From: Takakia lepidozioides
Lineage: Eukaryota > Plantae > Bryophyta
Direction: 5' to 3'
Assembly (NCBI GenBank): GCA_030704615.1
Contig: CM060734.1
Span: 32,488,001 to 32,552,000, forward strand
Length of the DNA: 64,000 bases
A program made the translations under genes and the position numbers. Shown here one piece after another: positions 51,201-64,000 of the stretch (position 1 is the first letter of the stretch; each line of letters starts with the position of its first letter). The notes under the pieces are model-generated. The model was not told where the DNA came from, did no database searches, and saw only the letters and a program-made list of their open reading frames with translations.

Positions 51201-54200
51201 TGTTTCTCTTCACGGGATTTCTTTCTTTGCAGGACAGGCATTTGAAACTGCCCAGTGTACCTCAGCATTGCACTCTAAAGTCAATGGAACTTTTACTGGT
51301 CAGAAAACTAAGAAGGATATACGGAGTGGGCGCGCATACTATGAGCAATGGGATAAGTATGCAGTGCAATCTGAAAAGGTAAATATGAGGTTGTCTTTAT
51401 GGACATGTTCCTGAGTTGGATTCTGATGAGGTGTCTGGTTTCCGTTTTCTCATCGCTTGTACTGAGGGAATCCTTTAAGATGGGGTGTTGACTGTAGGAA
51501 CTGGCTGAGGAGGAGAAGGAAGCTAGCCAGCCCAAGCAAGAGAGCAATGGGGACAAAAAGGGTCACATCAACGCTCCTCGGAAGGAAAACCGTCAGCAAA
51601 GGCAATTTTTGTTCATCTCCTGTTCAAGTTCGGTCAGACAAATGCTTGCGAAATTAAGTTTCTGTTTGTGCTAATGACCTTTCTAACTGCGAACTGCCTT
51701 TACTTTTGATAGTGGTGATCTTGATGGTATGACTCTATCCAAATCTGTGAAACCTGCTGTGCTTTCTACTAGGATTTGAAATCCATTTGGTCCATGTGTG
51801 TGAGCAGGCTGCTGTCTCTCACAAAGTCGAAGTCCATGACTGAAAGAGAGTGGTTTGCAGAGCGAGAGAGAGAAAAAGGGAATGACCTATTCAAGGTACT
51901 TGAAAGGATTGACATGCTAGTTTAAGTGTCTATTGCCGTTTTCCTGCGAACACTAGCAAGTGTGATTGATTGCCACTCCAAAGTTTTTCTTTTGGGCTTG
52001 ATGCTGGTTACATGAGTTTGATAGAGTTTACATGTTGGCAGTGACTGCTAGTGTATCGTCGATGTTAGTTTATGCTTAAGAAACAGCTGTCTAGTCCCTC
52101 GTTGTGCCTGTTCTCCTAGACCATGATCCTCAGGGGCCCATGGTAGATGTTATAAAGTTTCTTTTTTGGTTCTTTCTGTTGGGCTCGGAGTTTGCAAAAG
52201 AATAAACTAGGAGGAGACATGGTCTTCTTCCATCATAGTCACTGCAGCTCCTTAACCAAAATGCTCAACTGAATTGCTTACTCAAAAGGTTAAGTGATTC
52301 ACATATGGTTGTATACACTGGTAAAACCAGTCGTATGAATGTTAGGGCCATTCTGCTGGTAGTTACTACATATGCAGATCACACCAATGGTACTGGGGAA
52401 AGCATGGTTGTTGTTTCCTCAATCACTTTTGTGGGGTTACTTGCAGGCAAAAGAGTATAGTGCAAGTTTGGATGCCTACACTTTGGCCATTGATCTATTT
52501 GCAGGCTCTGCTTTGGCCTTTGGTAACCGGGCTGCTGCTAATATCAAGGTTTGCATTCTTCTTGTGGGCTGGACCTTGAAGTGTGCTTTAGCTTACTTGA
52601 TGTTCGTGGAGTCAAGCAGTTTTGATTCCCTCACTTGCTAGTTTGGTCACTTCTATTTTTTGAATATAAGTGAACAGGACCAAGAGAGGCAATAGGAGGG
52701 AGGTAAACCCCAAGAGATTGGTCAGGTCAGTCTTGGGTTTAGTTGTTGTGGTCTTAGAAGCAACTACTGCAGGAAATCTCTAGCCACAATTATTGAAAAT
52801 TTGATGATTATGTGCACTCTCAGTACCATCTAATAAAGAAGTGGCTGTCACATGGACAACAGTACGGGTTTCTTCATTCATCTGACTTCCTTGTTTCCTG
52901 ACAGTTGCAGCAGTTCAGTATCAATAGCTCTTCCTTTCCAGCTAGGAACTATTTCCAGTTCATTAATTCTGCATACGAATGTGGTTTGTACAAACCAGCT
53001 CAAACGATGGGATGAGGCACACAAGGACTGCTGCACAGCTCTTGAACTTGATCCTAACTATGTGAAGGTGATGCATCAACACTGGGAATGCTTAGAGCTC
53101 AGGGAAGGCCACAAGCAGGGAGTCTGCAGAATTGGTCATAGAGCACATGTGGGTTTGGTCAAAGTGAGTAATTGTCTTTGATGTAACAATGAAATTGGCC
53201 ACCTCAGAAGCAAAAGAATGGATGGTCACGGGTGATTTTCTCTTGGCAGGCCCTCATGCGCCGTGGTTTAGCCAGCTTGGAGATGGACAAACCTGAAGAT
53301 GCAATGCAAGGTTCACAAATGGAACAAAACAGTTCACCAGACATCTTACTCTTTTTGTTTGTTTGCACATGGTAGCTGTTGTGAAGACACCGTTTTGAAA
53401 CATGGGCATGGTACTGTCCAGTTTGTGGCTTTCAAAATTGGTGAAGGTTACATTTTGAGGCTACAGTGCTATCTCCTAGAGATATGACTGGTTTACCATT
53501 ATACAATGGTATGTATTGGAAAGACCTTAGCATATGTTCAGAATGTGATGACATATTCCTGACCAGCGAGAATGTTAATCCTGGAGAATTACTTTCTTTA
53601 GTTCTTTGTTTTTCTTTTCTTGAGTAGTGAATTCAAGCAGTTGTTATTTTTCCTGGCAAGGAAGGAGACATACCCCTCAGATTGTCGCTTTACAGATTCC
53701 TCGTCCTGAGTGCAAGCCTCCAGCTACGAGGACCTAGGACTTAGCAGCTTACCAGCATGAGGCACTCAGGGAGTGTTTACACGCTATTCTGTTTTTCTTT
53801 GTAGTTCTATTGTGTCCCCATCGTCCTCCCCCTCCCCCTGCTTCATCCAAAGTAGCTGCAGTGTCTATGCCCATAGGGCAACTGCGAGCAAAGTGCAATG
53901 AATACTTCCTCTGCCACACAGACACACATCCACTGCTATGACAATTGCATTGTTTCTGGCATTCATGCAGACCTGCAAGCGGCAGTCAAGTTAGACCCAG
54001 GCAACCAAGAGGTGATTAGTTTGATACGACTTGCAGAGAAAGCCTTACAAAAACTCAAGCAGAAGCAGGCGGATGAAGTTTCAAAGTCTGTTGCTGATGA
54101 AAGCCCTTGCAATACCACTGACTCGACCTGGTCCATAACTGGTGCTAAGAGATTGAGAATTGAAGAAGTTGAAGAAATTGTTGAGGTGGAAGAAACAGGA

Positions 54201-57200
54201 AGCTCTCCTGTAGGGGCTGCCAAATCAGGCCGTCAAGTATATGCTCTAAATGGTAATGAAATGATGAATGGTCACACTGCAGGGGAAGTGGATCCTGGTC
54301 ACTCGGGTATTATAGATGCTGCTAATCAAGAAGGAGCTAAGAGAACTTATACTTGGCCCAGCAATCAAAGCAGAGTCCAATCAGACTTGGCTAGCTCTCT
54401 TCCAAGTCAACCTGATATCAAAGTGATGAAAAAGGTTGGTAACATGTGCCATGATCATCATATACATGGGCAGCCAGTTTGCTCTCAAAATCCAGCATAT
54501 GGTGCCAAATCACAAAGCATTCAGACGACACTGGAGAGTAATGTTGATAGACTAGGTTCATTGGAGGCTGGTAGCTATAAAGATGGGGAAGTTAATAAGG
54601 CCGTGGCTACCTCAGTCTTATCTGGCACAACTACAGAAGTCGAACCAGATGTGGCTGGTTCTCGATCACATGGCAGGATGATTGAAGAAGTAGAACAGAC
54701 AGTTGAAGGGAAGGATAGCAAGTCAACTATTTCGGAGAAAGCAGTTGATAGTACACCTGATCAAGGTACAGTGGGGAGCTCAGTGGGTGCATGCAACGAT
54801 GTCAGTAAAGGACAAATAAAATATAAGGAGAGTAGGGAGATCTTTTCTGGAACTGAATCACTGGTGCCTTCATCTATTGATCGAAACGGGTGTGAAGCAG
54901 AAGGAAATCAAGGGGCTGACAGTGGAAGAGAAACACAGGTGGGTGTATCCAAAAGTTATTCTGGAAAAATTGGTACTGGTAAAGAGGCTTCTGTTGCTGC
55001 AGGAAAAATTGAAGGGCGCCATGCATGCGACAGGACACCCATGAATGGAAATGCAAAACTTCGTGACTCATCTCAAAATCAAAATGTGCTGGCAGAAGAA
55101 TGGCGCCTGACTGGCAACAGTTTTTTTGCAAAAGGGGAAACAGAAAGAGCTGAACAGAGCTACACCACCAGTCTCAAGTATATGGCAGAGAATCCGGCTA
55201 CCCTCTCAAATAGAGCTATGTGTCGATTGAAGCTGAAAAAATACAAGGATGCAGAGGAGGATGCTTCAAAAGCTATCTCAATAGACAGAGGCTTTCACAA
55301 GGCTTATTTCCGGCGGGGTCTAGCACGTCGGGCCTTGGGAAGGCTTGAAGGGGCAAGGGCAGACTTCAAAGTGAGTTGTCAGCACTGTCCATGGTGTTAC
55401 ACTGCCATAATGATAGCATAACCAGCACTCTTATTGACAAGGGTTTGCCAAACAAGCACTTCTGTCATTCTGTATGCATTTGTGTGCCGATTCAAGTTCT
55501 GCAGTTTCAACTAGAATTCCTTGTAGAAGGGTGGATATTGTGTTGGGAACTGGAGGTGGGAATTCATGTCTCTGGCAGGGACCTGGATTGCCATGGTGCT
55601 TTGAGGGTTCCACAGCTGTAGCAATGCTTTTCCCAGGAGAGTCTTTTTCATGAGTAAACTACTCCATTGGAAGGATTTGCAAGGGTTGTGAAAAATCTCA
55701 TGACATGATCCCATATACACTGAGGAAGCTCAAAGGCAGAACCCATTCCATGGGTATGGGATATTCTTAAATGGTCCAGGCCGAGTTGGCCCTTCGTTAC
55801 AGTACGGTTATAGGGTGTAGGCTATGTGTCACTAGTCACTGTCACAAAAGATGGAACTGTCAGTGCAACAACAAGCATCTGGAGTTCTCAAAGTATTTGT
55901 AGGCTTTCTGCTCGTCAGAAGTTGCAGCAACTAAAATGTTTTACACAACTTCTGAAATGAGTGGAGTTTCCATCTATTCTTCAAGTTGTAACCCTGAATT
56001 CCTAGACCATCCAGCTGTGAAGAAATATGGTCAGAAATTTGATTTTTCAAGTTAGGTTTTCTGCAGCTCGTTCTTGCTGCCTCACCAGGGGATAGACATG
56101 TGCTTGCTGAACTGGAGTCCATAGAGGCTGAGATAGAGGAGACAAGATATTTACCTATGCGAGTGGGCCCTATGATCTTTGAAGAAGTTGAGGACGTGGA
56201 CAGCTTGCCAACTGCTCCAGTTCCTCGAGAAGACAAGAAAGTCTCAGTGGAAAGGTGTCATAATGAACAGCCAGTAGGTACTGCCACACTCAAGGCAAAT
56301 ATAGTTGGACAAAATTGTGAAAGGCCCCACACTGAGAGCAAAGGGGAGCTGGCACCCCAACACCCTGACGTCAGCAGAGAAAGCGATTCAGATTTGAAAC
56401 ACACCAGTGTGACAAGGAAGGATAGCCAGCTACTTCCTACCTCTGAACTTGAGACAAGAATGCGAACTTCCAAGGCGCCTGGGGAGGAGTGTGAGGGGAT
56501 TGCCGATGCAGCATCCAATAGCCTGCCAGAGGAGGAAATTCGAGGATCTGCAACAGGTGATCTACCATCCACAGAACATACAGGTGGGAGCCAATCGTCT
56601 GTCAGCGAGTGCATGTCCAATGTTCATGATGTTTCACCTGAAGAGAGAAATGAAATAGAGCAGCAGGCCGAAGAAGAGAAGCGAAAAGGGAACACTTGCT
56701 TTAGGAAGGGTCAATATACATTGGCAGTGGACTGCTACAGCAGGAGTCTTGCTCTACACCCCACTGGAGCAGCAGTTCTCGCTAACAGAGCTCTTTGTTA
56801 CATACAGGTCTGTATCCTCAGCTGCTCTTAATACACTGCTTCACTTGTGCACATTTGAGGTCTTACCGCACCAGTGTTGAGGTTGTGTTGTATCATCAGC
56901 TGCCCTAACATGCAGTTTGGTTGAGCAGTTTTGAGATCCTAATGAAACCAGTCCAAACTGGAGTTATATTCTTTAGAAATATCCCTAGTCACAGGCTCTT
57001 AATGTGATAGAACTCTGATGTTAGCATCTGTTTGATGTTGGTGACACAGCTACGGGAGTTTCAGAAAGCAGTGGAGGACAGCTCACTCGCTATAAGGATG
57101 GCACCGGGTTACACAAAGGCCTATCATAGGAGAGGAACGGCCCTCTATAGTCTTGGCGACCTGCGAGGTGCTCTGCATGACTACCAGGTTGGTGACCAGC

Positions 57201-58356
57201 TGATACTTGTTTCAATTTGGTCAACATGTGTGAGTCAAAGGAGGTTGCATATTGGATTTGTGAGCAGCTGTCATGTATGTGGAAGCCTGGGCATATCTGT
57301 CAAGTTTCCTTCTTCTGGGCTTCTGAGTAAACATATCACCAGGGTAATTTGCATGAAGTTCCAATTTACATATTGATCATCTTATGTGTACTAATATGTG
57401 CTCTACTCATTTCCCTTGTCATTCAGATAGTAGCAGTATTCGAACCTAGTGATAAGAAGCTACAAAAAGACATTGAGGAGCTTGAGAAAGCTATAGCTCA
57501 GGAAAGTCTGAAGCCCAAGGCAAATGCTGACAACTCAAACATGCAGCCGATCCTTATAGCTGAACCTGCACCTGACGGTGCTTTTATGAAACCGGTAAAG
57601 ACAACCATATACCGCACCCAAGAAACCTCAGCTGTAAATGAATGTGACACAGCTGCAGATCCAAATGCCAATCTGAAGCCAGTTGAACAGCCAAAAGATG
57701 CTGCAACCCGGGTCACATCAAATGGCTCCCCTGCTTATGGTGGGAAAAATAGAACGATTAAGAATTCTAAGGGCTTACCACGTACACCTACTACTGCATT
57801 GGAGTTTGAGAGGGTGTGCTTATATTTACGAGAGCAGCCAGAGGTGCTGCGAGAGTGTGTGAAATCCATAGAGGTGGACAAGTACCCAGCTCTCTTCAAG
57901 GAGTCACTTAGTCCTGGAATCGTACGCAGTTTTGTTGACGTTTTGAGAAAAGGTTTCATGCCTAATGATGCAGTGGTACGTCTCTGGTTCTCTTCCTTTC
58001 CCTCCTTTTCCTCCTTTCCTTCCTTGATTGTTTCATGATGGAGGAGCAAGTTTGGCTTAGGTCTCAACTAGGGTGAATTCTTTCTGGGGGTGGTGAGTTC
58101 TCTAGACAAAATCTGGAAGGCCGGAATAAACTAGAATTCCATTTCCCAATAAGTGAGCTATTACATGTTGTATTGGCAGGGGGCTCTTGGGGTTCTGGAA
58201 GGGTTGGCAAAGGTCAAGAGATTTGCACTTACCTTAATGCTTTTGTCACATTCGGAAAAGCAAGGGTTTGAAACGATTTTCTATTGGCTGGAGTGGTCAA
58301 GCGATGTTCCCTCAGAGAGAGTTATGGAACTAAAATCAAGGTATCAGCTCAGCTGA
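48279..58356 (+). CDS. SPAG1: SPAG1-like HSP70/HSP90 co-chaperone (three TPR clamp domains + RPAP3_C), about 1310 aa, 16 exons
   Basis: N-terminus: ITYDKIRAMKSLPKLMRLEQYMREEGFPQTAELARK and YYEQWDKY. TPR1: EREKGNDLFK..NRAAA..YVKALMRRG. TPR2: RLTGNSFF..NRAMCRLK..KAYFRRG. TPR3: KRKGNTCF..NRALCY..KAYHRRG. RPAP3_C: PTTALEFER..LFKESL..LAKVKRF. Exons: 48279-48361, 48857-48919, 49708-49800, 50014-50071, 50299-50359, 51233-51378, 51498-51601 (GC donor), 51808-51895, 52447-52548, 52999-53067, 53250-53310, 53971-55370, 56067-56807, 57050-57187, 57427-57975, 58180-58356. The TPR/RPAP3_C call is firm; SPAG1 orthology is inferred. Confidence 0.82.
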
Positions 58357-60496
58357 AGCGACCATAGCGTGACTTTCATACACAGCTTTTCATCATTCTT
58401 CTCTAAAACAGAGGCACTGGGAAGTACATTTTTGCCACATCATCACACGGCATGTGGAACTACAAATTCAGTGGAGAAAAAGGGGTTGTTCTCCTTGCAG
58501 CAATTTAATCTAGTTTCTCATACTCTGGTCATTGTTCACAGCTTGAAACCTTGCATCACCTACATGACATTCCTTTGTATAGTATTTGACCTTTCCATGT
58601 AAGGAAGATACCAAAACTGCCTTTCTAGCTCCCTCTTCTCCAATCATAGCATGGTCTGGTATGAGCCCCGGCAACCCTTTTCTCAAAACTTGGAATATGC
58701 ATCTTAAGTGACATGATCAAGAATTATAAGGTTCTGGTCCGGTTACCAATATGCGTCGTTGTTCATCGGATGCTTTGGGCCGAAAGTTGGCGTACATAAA
58801 CCTGACCTCCGTTAATAAGTATCTGTAAACTAGACTGTCAGATTATGAACCAGGCAATACCATTGGTCTCATGTGACAGTCAGAGTATCAGGTGTAGTAC
58901 ACTGACGACAGTGGTGCATAGTTGGTTGATGTAAAGCAAACTTCGCTGTCGCAAATTTACGGCAACATTCTTCTCAACCCAACTCAACATGTAGACCTAT
59001 TTCTCTTAAAGGGTTTGGCAGATTGATGTTCTCCAAATCCGTAATTTGGGGTACTAATCTGATGCCTTTACCCACGAATCTGCTTTCAGTAGATTTGGAA
59101 TCCGCCAAAGTCCGGGTACTGCTGGATCTGGATGCAGTGGGTCCACCCGTGAGGTAGTCCTTTATACTCTCCAAGGTTCCTAGACCAAAGATGTGTTTCT
59201 GTCCGGGTACTCCTATAACTACTTTCCTCTTCCCATCATAGAGGGGCCTGTGCACTCAGTTCTGGGTTGTAGCTGCAATCAGTTTGTCAGTGTCAGAGAC
59301 AGCAAAAATAGCTGGGAGAGCACAAAAAAGTGAGCATGCCTAGTACACTAGCCCCGATGATTGAAGCCTGCAGGGCAATCAATAAATTCACAGTTTTTCA
59401 CAGTGTCTCACTAGCGCTCCTCAAACTCATAATGCTTGCCTCTGTACCACTCTGGACGATTTTTTTCTTTTCGAGTTTCTTTATCTGAGAGTCGTCGGAA
59501 GTCATAACCAATGGGCTCAAGTCTCATCAGTATGGAACAGGCAGTGTAATGAGGAGGACGATACACGATGCTAGGTTACCATCAAAGGCCAAGGGCATTC
59601 GTCTATGAGAAGGTCTTACATCGTAGGTCCACCCATGTTTGTTGGATGGTGGTGGAAGTGTCATTCCTTCCCCAGACAACAAGCTTGAGGATGTCTAGTC
59701 TGGTTGGCTCACAGTGAGACACAAAAATATGTGCAAACTGCAAACCTAATTACGTAGGAGATGACTGTCACATGTTTGAGCGGCGTGGTTTCACGTTTCA
59801 AGTTTCAACTTTCTCCTCAGCAGTATAACAAGCCAGCAGGCGTGCCTGAGGGGCCCAGCGAAGAGAGAAGGGAGGGTTTATGTGGGGTCGGGGAGGACAA
59901 AGCCCTCGACATTCTAATGGAAAGCTGTGCTAGAAAATTAAACGAGTGTTGGGATGCGAGCTTCCATCTACTATAATAAGGTAGTGTGATCATACATGCA
60001 GCTTTGCAACTGGAAGGAGGCAATTTCATAACCCCACGACAATCATCTAGTTCGCAACTTTTACCCGCTCCAAGAACTTGGCAGACATGGTTGCAGGCAT
60101 AGAAAAACCCCGCAAATGAGCCTGTCGAGCTGTGAAGTAAGGTTGAGGAGCACGTGATGTGGGAGGTGCAGCAGCCCGGCGCTTGTTCGGGGCCATGACG
60201 GTGGCAGCGTCCACCGACCTCATGACCTTCTTCGCACCTCATGCCCGCCTGCATGATTGTGTGAATGAACTCTTGTGTGCACGAGCACGTCACATGTAGA
60301 AGCGGAGGGCGAGGCAGGCATGCACAGCTCACATCCTCCAGAGACCCAACCTTTGACCACGACCTGCCTCAACGGAGCTGGCCTCTCTTGTTGGTCCTCA
60401 CCAGGGGGGCCAACAAAGGGGGGTGCTACTGCTTTCATAACTTAGGTAGAAGGTAAAAGGTACAAGATGATTGAATTTTATTGGAAATTTTCCAGT

Positions 60497-60570
60497 GTCT
60501 GGGTGGTGCAGTTGGTCATCACGCTGGTCTCACACACTAGAGGTCCTCGGTTCAAACCCGGGCTCAGACA
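60497..60570 (+). tRNA. trnV-CAC: tRNA-Val (anticodon CAC), or the tRNA head of a SINE
   Basis: GTCTGGG/CTCAGAC acceptor stem, D-arm GTGCAGTTGGTCATCAC, anticodon arm CTGGT-CT CAC AC-ACTAG, T-arm CTCGG TTCAAAC CCGGG. It closely matches plant cytosolic tRNA-Val(CAC) as I recall it. Confidence 0.85.
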
Positions 60571-62181
60571 TCGCCTTGCAGACCGAAGCTAGCCTTCTTC
60601 TTGCTGGAGAAGGCCTTGCTCTTGCCTTTTTTTTTTCCTCTATGTACCTTGAGGCAATTTTGCCCTCTTTATATAAAGTTTAAGGGTGCCGCTCCCTTTC
60701 ATTTTTTTCAAAAAAGAATATGAGCTACGACCGGGTCCCATAAAGTAGTACATTAGGGGTTATTAGGCATGTTTGGAAAGAACAAAGGGGGTTGCTGGTG
60801 GTTTCATATCGTAGTATAGGGGCCATTTCGACACAAATTTTAATATTTCAAAGATTGTTGAAAATTTTGGAAATTGATTTTGTGAAATTAAATAACTTTG
60901 TGAATGATAATAAAGAATCTCTGGGAATATTCCATATGTCGAAATGGAATTCTCAAAATAAAATATATATTTGACAGATGACTGTCGATCTTCAAGGTTG
61001 CCAAGGTACTACGATAAGTTAGGGATTGATAATGTCTGAAGAAAAAATGTCTGATTGATAATGTTTGAAGAAAAAAGAAGAAAAAAGAGGTTACGGCCGC
61101 TTTCAATCAAGTGGTACATTAGGTTAATCCGGTGTTTGATACAATTGTTTGCAAAAGATAAGGGGTGCGACCGGTTTGTACATTAGGGGTCAATCCGGTA
61201 GGACCGAAAAAAGGCATACAGTTTCGATACATTGGGGGTTGAGGGTCTTTTACAATTGTTTGACAAAAAGAGGAGCCACCGGCTGTCAAAGAGACGATAG
61301 TACACTTAGGGGGTCTGGCAGGAGGTTTTTGTTTTTACCCAGTAAACTGTTCAAAGGCTTGACTGCAAACGATTGGGGTCAATGATCTGCACAACAAAAT
61401 AGGCAGAAGCACCCGACAGATGGGCGGGTGAAAGCTAGCGTAGCCCGGACGAAGAGGGGGGAGGCCAGGTACCATGACAGCGGAACAGTGCGCGTAGGTG
61501 TGGCTGCTTTCTCTCTTGTCTGTCTCTCTCTCTCTCGGTCCCTCCCTCCCTCCACGCTCCTTCTTGCTTGCCCTAGCCACGCTTCACTCCAACCAAACTC
61601 TGCCTCGTGGCCCCCGGTCGGTGCTATGCTTAAGTTGCACAGAAATTTTCGCTGCGTAGATCAGGCTAGGTGAGTGCCCGGGGGGAAAGACGTGGGGGGT
61701 ACATTACATCGCAGGAATTGTGATAGCCGGCGTAGGCTTCACAAGTTGGGAGAGAAATGGTAGGGATCTACAATGGCCATGCGGTACTAACGGTGCCGCA
61801 TCAGGATTAACATGTGTAGCCGGTGTGGCTGCGTGTGAGGTTGGATGTCGAAGGCCCGCTTCGTGTGTTTGGGCCATGCTTCATATATCCTCCTCTTTTG
61901 TGAGGCTTGATTAATTTGTTGTGCAACGCCTGGCACATTCAAGGTTATTGCAATGTACTGTCGGCATGCTTGGGAGAGGAAGATCGAGGTCTGAGGATGA
62001 TATAATGCGTTATCAGGGGATACCCGCGATGTGCATTCTTTGACGCAAGCAGGCGATGGCTGGTCTCCTTGGGCGCTAGTACGCTATATGTAGAAAGATC
62101 GTGCCACGAAGTTACGTTTGTGTCAGAGAACAGATTTGTCTTGTATTCGCATAGATCGAGCAACACAAAGGAGGTTCGGCT

Positions 62182-63881
62182 ATGGCTGCGATCAAAGCAG
62201 CTCAGGAAAGATTCTCTGGTGCCATGGAAAGTTTGATTTTACTTGCAGATTCAATGCAGCAGGCTGCAGCTTTGCTGTCAGATGAGGATAATGAAGACAC
62301 TCAAAAACATGCCACCTCCTTTCTGAGTGTTGTTGCTGCGGGGAATGTGGTACGTGATCATGGTTACATACCTCTCTTTCTTCTGCGGATGTCCATCCAC
62401 TATCTTTCCAGGCCAATCCATGGGGTTGGAGTGGCAGATCCTTCAGGTTTGCGTCGGTGAATTTGGGGAAAGTCAGAAGTGTTTTGTGCAGAGTTGGTCA
62501 CATTGCTTCGTGGCAGATCAGTAAGGACGAAGTCAAAGGATCTCGCCTCTTTATGTATATCGCAACGCGTAGTAATATAGAGACACTGCTGGAAGCGACT
62601 TCCAGTCCTCACAAATGCAACTACGGTAACAGTCTGGTGTATACGCAAGGTAGCAAGAAAGAGAAGCCAAGAGCGTGAATATTTGCAGGGTATCAGTCTC
62701 TCAGTCCTCTTTTAAATCTCTGAAGTAACGGCCTGCAATTGTTCTCAGGGTGCGGGGAAGTCAGCAGTGCTGAACAGCCTCATTGGTCATCCTGTACTGG
62801 TATGTGGCTTGCTGTCATTCAATCCTTTTCTAGATACTTAAAAGTCATGCTCAGTCCATGGCGTTGTGACAATGGTCTATCTCCTGTGGTCTGGCCTTCA
62901 ACAACTTCTTCTTCAAGAATTGTCCAGCTGTTAGTATCGCCAGTAGGAGAGCTAGGGACTTTGAAAGCAGAAGAGCATCTTGTACTTCTGAAATATAGGT
63001 TCTGGAAATGTGATGTGTGGTATTGGTGATTTGAAGCAAAATATAAAGAATGGACATTCCAGTCTCTGGTAGATGGACGCTTTCTGATAGCTTTTCTACA
63101 TATACTAAAGGATTTCGATGTGTATGAAACGTTCAGTTGGACTCTTTTGGATGATTTTCTTCTGTGTGGGTGCATGTTATGCTAACTCAGACCTACACCA
63201 CATTTTTGGATTTTGCAACATATTTGAGCTTTGGGGAAGTGTTCAGCTAATCCAATTTTCTAGCTTTAAAATTAGGTTAAAGTGTGTGGATGTACTAAGG
63301 TTAAATTCTTCTCCATGGCACTTGCACAGCCAACAGGAGAAAATGGTGCAACTCGCGCACCCATTGTTATTGAAATGGAGCGAGGCAGTTCTGGTAGCAG
63401 CCAGGGGTTGTCTGTGGTACTTGAAGGAAGAACGGCGAATGTCTCTGCTAGTAAGTTGTTTGACATGTAGAAACCTGGACGATGACTTCAGTCTAGTGAA
63501 TGGTGATGATCATGGTATTATATCACTGTGCTTGCAGTGTATGCCACGATTTTATTACAAGGCCTTAGGATTCTTTGGAACTTCCCTTTTCATCACGCTT
63601 GTGTTCCAGGTTGTCACCGCTGGCTTGACATTTCTGGCCCATCAGCCTTACCTCAATTTGCAAAATCCTGACTCTTTTCTTTAGTACTATAAATGCAAAG
63701 GGCTTGCAAGGCCACTGTGGCACTGTATCTGTACTTATGTTCCTTTGTCTTACTTTGCGCAAAAATTCTCCTACAGGTGATGTTCGCCATTCACTTCAAG
63801 GAAGATTGAAAAATTGGGCACCTTCTTCTGCAAGGAATGGTAGACCTGATGGGATCCATCTTGTGCTCCGTTCTGGTACAG
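62182..63881 (+). CDS. DRP2: Dynamin-related protein 2 (plant dynamin-2A/B-like), 5' part; the gene runs off the window
   Basis: MESLILLADSMQQAAALLSDED..FLSVVAAGNV|GAGKSAVLNSLIGHPVL|PTGENGATRAPI..|DVRHSLQGRL. Exons: 62182-62349, 62749-62799, 63330-63450, 63777-63881. A 5' UTR intron at ~61670-62154 is probable. Confidence 0.93.
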
Positions 63882-64000
63882 GTGTGTCCTTGTGAAACTC
63901 TGAAGTTTCCAAATATAGCTGTACTACGTCATTGAGAGCAGGATTTGGTGGGAACCTTAATGATGCTAGATACAAAATATCACTAGTTGCCATGAGGCAG

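Noticed and set aside
59085-59275. UGA read-through/selenoprotein in an alternative minus-strand frame
   Set aside because: There is no redox motif or recognisable SECIS, land plants lack the Sec machinery, and the exon chain is itself uncertain.
60735-61320. Element built from dispersed gtacattagggg motifs upstream of DRP2
   Set aside because: About five short degenerate copies with no identifiable termini; insufficient to classify.

Overview
Eukaryotic, intron-rich land-plant nuclear DNA. A seed-free plant with flagellate sperm, probably a moss-like bryophyte, is inferred from the SPAG1-like gene and the repeat style. I assembled five protein genes by hand with phase-consistent splice junctions: a Ste20/MAP4K (OSR1/FRAY2/BLUS1-type) kinase (-, 891-14450), a G-type lectin non-RD S-domain receptor kinase (+, 23185-26084), an RRM nucleolar NOL8-like gene (-, 43765-47971) head-to-head with a three-TPR + RPAP3_C SPAG1-like gene (+, 48279-58356), and the 5' part of a dynamin DRP2 gene (+, from 62182). 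There is also a tRNA-Val(CAC) at 60497-60570. About 15-43 kb is a transposon-rich island. It holds a decayed PIF/Harbinger, a decayed tyrosine-recombinase (DIRS/PAT-like) retroelement with RT, RNase H, methyltransferase and YR on + but a zinc-knuckle gag on -, and an 820-bp piggyBac-type element with TTAA flanks and perfect 17-bp TIRs. It also contains MULE-like and mariner-like MITEs, an L1 tail, a fold-back repeat family and a nearly perfect 3 x 259-bp tandem repeat. All family assignments come from motif recognition by eye; no database search was run.
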